DNA from: Octopus bimaculoides
Lineage: Eukaryota
DNA: 55,462 nt
Assembly: GCF_001194135.2 (NCBI RefSeq)
Contig: NC_068996.1
Coordinates: 27,720,115-27,775,576, forward strand
Direction: 5' to 3'
The notes under the pieces were generated by a model that was given only the letters and a program-made list of their open reading frames with translations, was not told the DNA's origin and did not search any database. Shown here piece after piece: positions 50,872-55,462 of the stretch (position 1 is the stretch's first letter; each line of letters opens with the position of its first letter). The translations under genes were made by a program, and so were the position numbers.

Positions 50872-51094
50872 CTTACATCTCTATCAAAGAAACTGATGGA
50901 TAAAGAAATCAAACTACATAAACATATGGCAGCAAAACCATTCAGAAATTGAATAATACCAACATATTCAATAACAATAATAAATTTAATTTATCCTTGA
51001 CAATTTTCAGTTTTACAATTTTGAATATATTGCTCATGTTTAAAGCCTCTTACCTACTTGACAATTGCATTTCTAGCTCTGCCTTGAAGGAAGC

Positions 51095-51280
51095 TTTACT
51101 TCTTGGATTCGTGTTTTTGTGCACAACAATGTTGTTAAACCTCTGTTAACAGCACCATATGCAGGTCCTTTCTGTTTTCTTTCACGCACAGATAAATTTT
51201 TCACTATAGACCTTAATGGTTGTAAAGACACTACGTCAGTGGATAGACTAAAAAAGGCCTTTATAGAGAAAACTATCCCT
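51095..51280 (+). mobile_element. Gypsy LTR-retrotransposon integrase C-terminal (GPY/F) relic
   Basis: IRVFVHNNVVKPLLTAPYAGPFCFLSRTDKFFTIDLNGCKDTTSVDRLKKAF resembles the VFVR.D.V..PL..PY.GPF.V..R..K.F.....G..D.VS.DRLK.A motif. Confidence 0.75.
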
Positions 51281-51356
51281 GTTCCCACTGCAGACGACAC
51301 ACACACAGCATTACAAACATGGCCCGCACACCCACCTTCACATTCCATGACTACCA

Positions 51357-51574
51357 TTGGGATCAATCAGGTACCAGACAAGGATTCTGGATTATTTTTC
51401 TGGTTTTTTTACTTAATTTTTGAGGGTGGTTGGGTTCATTTTTAGCATTCTCGTTTGTGAGAGCTGTTGAGTTTATTTTAGATATTCTCATTTTAATAAT
51501 CATCTCCGGCTATTTGTTGAGAGGACTTTGGTGTTGCCTTGGCAGAGGTTTGCGCTCTCTGAGTGCTCGTTTGT
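51357..51574 (+). mobile_element. 3' part of the Helentron-associated element
   Basis: First 40 bp match 49997-50036 at 35/40. Ends gccttggcagaggtt + hairpin gcgctc-tct-gagtgc (51552-51566) + T-rich sequence. Confidence 0.55.
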
Positions 51575-51704
51575 TTTTCCATGCTGACATGGGTTAGATA
51601 AAACTGGACAGTCTGCCCTTACCAAACCCCACCTAATTTTCAAGTAATGTATTTTTTATTCAGCTGGTCCTCACATGCTTAAACTAAGGGATATCTGTTT
51701 AGGA

Positions 51705-51830
51705 CATGCACACACACGACAAGCTTTCGTAGTTTCCATCAATTCCATTCACAAGGCTTCAATCTTTGGGAGACTAAACCCAAAACTACATGGTTGCAAA
51801 GAAAGTTTCATAACCAGTCATATTTGTGCC
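51705..51830 (-). mobile_element. Decayed SINE A head
   Basis: agtttccatc...ttcacaaggcttc...aaccagtcatatttgtgcc. Confidence 0.55.
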
Positions 51831-51873
51831 ATTAATATAAATTGATAGTTTATTTCATACTTTTTTTTTCTAG

Positions 51874-51944
51874 TTTCTCGTTTGGAGGACAAAGAGGCAG
51901 AAATGAAGAAAGAATACAGCAAACTACATGAGAGATATACTGAG
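51874..51944 (+). CDS. MAPK8IP3: JIP3/4 coding exon 3 (71 nt)
   Basis: ttttttctag|TT+SRLEDKEAEMKKEYSKLHERYTE|gtaagg; the phase 1 split codon G+TT gives Val. Confidence 0.97.
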
Positions 51945-51992
51945 GTAAGGCTGATCTTTTGGTTGATTATTATTATTAGTATTATCTCTTCA

Positions 51993-52175
51993 GGGTGGTA
52001 GAGTAGCAAAATCATAAGGGCATCAGACAAAATGCCTTGTATTTCTTCCAGCTCTGAGTTTATATTCCACCAAGGTCAGTTTTGTCTTTCATCCTCAAAA
52101 CTTAAGTACCAGTATAATACTGGGGCTGATGGTATTGACTAAACTCTCCTCTTAAAACTTCTGACTTGGTATCTC
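51993..52175 (+). mobile_element. SINE B, decayed
   Basis: ggtggtagagtagcaaaatcat...gctctgagtttatattccaccaaggtcagttttgtctttcatcc...aagtaccag. Confidence 0.65.
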
Positions 52176-52736
52176 AGAAACACTTATTCTGTTTCTTACC
52201 AATTTGAACAGTGAATATTTGAATTTGCATGTGATAATCAGTTAAAATTTAGTTAATTCCTAATTGGTCTTCATGCTAAGCAATGGAGATGAGCAGTGTT
52301 AAGGAAAGAACACCTTTTTTTTATTATTTTTTTACCTCTGCTAGAATGTTGAAATGACATTGAGTGAGACACTTGTTTTACTATGTTTTAATTTTCTACA
52401 TCACAAAATTTGATATTTATTGACCTCTTGATATAATACTTCTACTTTTAAAACAAAACTGAAGTTACTGTTTTGATTTTAATATTTCACCATATATTTT
52501 TGAAAATTCTTTCTTGTATTATCAAAGACTTAACAATGTATGGATACATTTTTTTGTTCTAGTTCTGTTGCTATATTTATTTCAAGTTTCTGATCTCCTT
52601 TTTGTACTTTTTTATTCTTACATGTTTTTTCATGTTATTTGATCCTTTATATATTTGTATGTGCAAATAAGTGCACAGGAAATATACATACATAAGAAAT
52701 ATAATCCATTTCTCTTTAATTTCCTTTTATGTACAG

Positions 52737-52828
52737 TTGTTCCGAACTCATATGGATTATATGGAACGTGCTAAAATTGTGATGGGCACAGACAGACTTG
52801 CTGATCTTGCCAATAGTCCTCGTGTAAA
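52737..52828 (+). CDS. MAPK8IP3: JIP3/4 coding exon 4 (92 nt); the gene continues beyond the window
   Basis: ttttatgtacag|LFRTHMDYMERAKIVMGTDRLADLANSPRV+AA|gtatgt. The donor position is inferred from the consensus. Confidence 0.9.
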
Positions 52829-54004
52829 GTATGTACAACCTGTTATCATTGTTATTACTATTTTTAGACTGGCAGGAACAGTGTTGGATTAAATGTTTTA
52901 TATTATTTAGACATTTAGTTCACCCTTTAATGTTTTGAATTCAAATCCCTCCCGCATCACTTATATGGTAGTGTTATATGCTTCACATGAACTACATGTT
53001 TACTATATCTTTTGATGGTCATGTGATTTAGGATTGGTTTGGGTTACATCTGGAGATGGTTTGAAAATTTTCATGCAGTCCATATCTGACATCAGTCTTT
53101 TACCTCAAGGAAGTATAGATTCTCTTTGAAAGCTTGCATGTAAATGTTTACTGAATGAATCAAATGACACTAATAAGGTGTCTCAAGAGAGGGTGAACCA
53201 CAAGGAATCACCAGGTTTTTGGTATTATTCTATAAGAATAAATAGGATTGTCAGATATTAATCCTTAGTGTGAATGCAGTGTAAAAATAAAGGTGAAGAT
53301 ACAACATTCACCTGGTAGTTGTAGGCTTCACGTGATTTGCGTGTTTACTACATCACATGACTCAATCTGATAATCAGGTGATGTATGTGTTGTTTAAATT
53401 GGTTAACAGTTTGATAGTTATTTCTTTTCTTTTTATCTTGAGATAAATACTTTATAGCAGGACTGCTTTGTTAGACTTGCACATTGTTGGCCTTTTATGT
53501 CATTGTTCGAATGTATTGCAGAGACAACTTACACACCACTGCTGTGCTTGGTCTGTTTCCTGAAACAAGTGCTTAGCTTCAAGTACACTTACCATCTCTC
53601 CACTCATGAATAGAACATAAAAGAAAGCCAATGTTTACAGCATCCAGAGAGCTGCAGAAGATGTTAGATATTGCTTAAGTATAACTATACATATCTGCCT
53701 TAGGCCCCCTCACTCCAGATTTTTTTATAAGGGTTTCCTCCCAAAGCCTTTTGTTGAACACTCAATAAATTACCCCCACAAGGCAACAAGGGTTTACTAT
53801 TATAGTGGGCATGGTTTGTGTAGAGCCAATCCTACTCTTTCATTCTTCAAATTTGTATTGGTCTTGTGCAACAAATGTTACAGGCCAAGTAGTTATAAGG
53901 ATGTAGGATTCATATGGAATTACTTTCTTTAGATGAGCAGCTGTTCTGTGTTGGTGAGTGACCTTCCAGAAGCAATTTTGTAACCTTCTAATTAGCCCAT
54001 AGCT

Positions 54005-54205
54005 GGGACCCTGACAAGTCCTACTTCTCTGTGTCAGAATAGACCTGGAAATAATAGTGGCTCAGTGGTACTTCAACATTCCTCAAAATCCTGGAACTGT
54101 TGAACAAAGGCTCCATTACTGAATGTGGTTTAAAGTCATACCCAGGGCGCAGATTATTTGACTTATAAACAGCACAGAAATCAACTTTTTCTATTGACTC
54201 TTCTG
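54005..54205 (+). mobile_element. Decayed retroposon 3' end (family not assigned)
   Basis: gggaccctgacaagtcctact...gtcagaatagacctgg...acattcctcaaaatcctggaactg...gtcatacccagg resembles a recalled LINE/SINE tail. Confidence 0.4.
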
Positions 54206-54317
54206 GAGTCAATAAACCAAAGTACTACTTAAGTACTTGTGTGGGCTTAGTGTATTAATTCCCTTCATCCCTTCCTCATCACATATGTCCTTGTGTCAAC
54301 AATTTAAATTGTTCTTA

Positions 54318-54522
54318 AGGCTGTGGATTGGCAAAATTGTGTCAGAAAAATGCCTTGCAGCATTTCTTCTTGCTCTTCATGTTTCTGCTTTCAAATACTA
54401 CTGAGGTCAATTTTGCCTGTCAATCTTTTGCAGGGGTTGATAGAATAAATACGAGTTAGGGTTTATGGCATCAGCTAACCAGCTCTCCATTAAAATAGCT
54501 GGGCTTGTGCCCAAATTGGAAA
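54318..54522 (+). mobile_element. SINE B, decayed
   Basis: gattggcaaaattg...ctgaggtcaattttgcct...ggggttgatagaataaatac...gggcttgtgcccaaattggaaa. Confidence 0.6.
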
Positions 54523-55431
54523 ACACTACAACTACTATTACTACCACTTGCACTACTACTTCTTTCCATTGTGCAGTGGTTGCTGCTTAGAGAAATATTT
54601 TATCTCTTTTCTTGCTTCTTTATTTTTTAAAAACTTTACTAGTTTCATTTAAGGCAGGTGCCATAGATATAGTTGTTACCTTCCCTAAGAATTTAGGGCT
54701 ATGTTCCAAATTTAGTTCATGATGCTTTTGAAGAAATGCATGAATATTGTAACTCTGTAATCTGAATCTTACAGCTAGTACTTACAAAAATAGTCATGTC
54801 TTCATATACATTTTATTATATAGTATATATATTTTCTGTGTAATGTACTAAAGCTATAGTTTGACTATATAGATTTTTTTCTAATATAGGTATCAAGTAA
54901 AAATTTTGAATAATGTAAAATGGGAAGTTGTGTATCTATCTACCCATATATATATATGTGTGTATATATACCAAAATGGAACAAAAACACAATAGAGGAC
55001 AATAAAACATTTGGACAGATAGATAATACAAAGGTGGACAGGAAAAAAAGGACAGGTCATTCATGGCCTTCTTTCTTCAGTCAAGTTAACAGATGTCCTT
55101 ACAGTTTCAGGCAGTTAAACTTGAAACTGTTCNNNNNNNNNNCTAAGCTAAGAGCATTAGAGTTTTTGTAAGAAAGCTAGCGAATGTGTACTGCAACAAA
55201 GATAAAAAATGGAGAATATGGTACACAATCACAAAAGCAAACAACAAGAATATATCAGGTGTCTTTTGACTGAGGGTGAATCAAATTGAGCTGGCATGTA
55301 TAAATTGAAAGCCTTAAGGCAGTAACATAGGAGATGGACATAAGAGGTATTGGCAGTCGGCAGTCAGGCCAAGAAAGAAAGATCATGGCTGGCTGGACAC
55401 TGGTCACGTGGAAGGAGGATATATAATATTT

Positions 55432-55462
<31 letters not shown>

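Noticed and set aside
52671-52892. 73-aa ORF
   Set aside because: It is exon 4 plus flanking intron read in frame.
55175-55420. Possible decayed RTE C-terminal fragment (...EMDIRGI...QER...)
   Set aside because: The similarity is weak and needs several frameshifts; it cannot be supported without an alignment.
52829-55462. JIP3/4 exon 5
   Set aside because: I scanned candidate acceptors and none gave a credible continuation, so the next exon presumably lies outside the window.

Overview
AT-rich eukaryotic genomic DNA. It is almost certainly a cephalopod, most likely Octopus; this is inferred from the SINE/RTE repeat families, the microsatellite load and the N gaps. The only host gene I can support is the 5' part of the JIP3/JIP4 kinesin/dynein-JNK scaffold gene (MAPK8IP3/SPAG9; Drosophila sunday driver, C. 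elegans unc-16) on the + strand. Four coding exons are present (3642-3941, 46899-47019, 51874-51944, 52737-52828), with a 42,957-bp first intron; the gene continues beyond the window. The introns hold at least three tRNA-like SINE families, RTE-clade LINE fragments, a Helitron with both termini, a split Helentron-like element, and mariner and Gypsy relics. The best-supported unusual observations are: (1) an RTE LINE insertion with the full geometry of twin priming (5' inversion, 13-bp TSD, 19-bp breakpoint duplication); (2) a ~250-bp spacerless palindrome centred on (TA)n; (3) a ~180-bp fold-back inside the Helitron; (4) variable tandem arrays inside RTE 3' UTRs; (5) SINEs sharing one head with two different tails; (6) a CpG-decay boundary a few kb into intron 1, consistent with gene-body methylation. 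I found no convincing novel protein-coding system. Most short ORFs in the track are microsatellite or repeat artefacts. Repeat coordinates are by eye and approximate unless exact bases are quoted.
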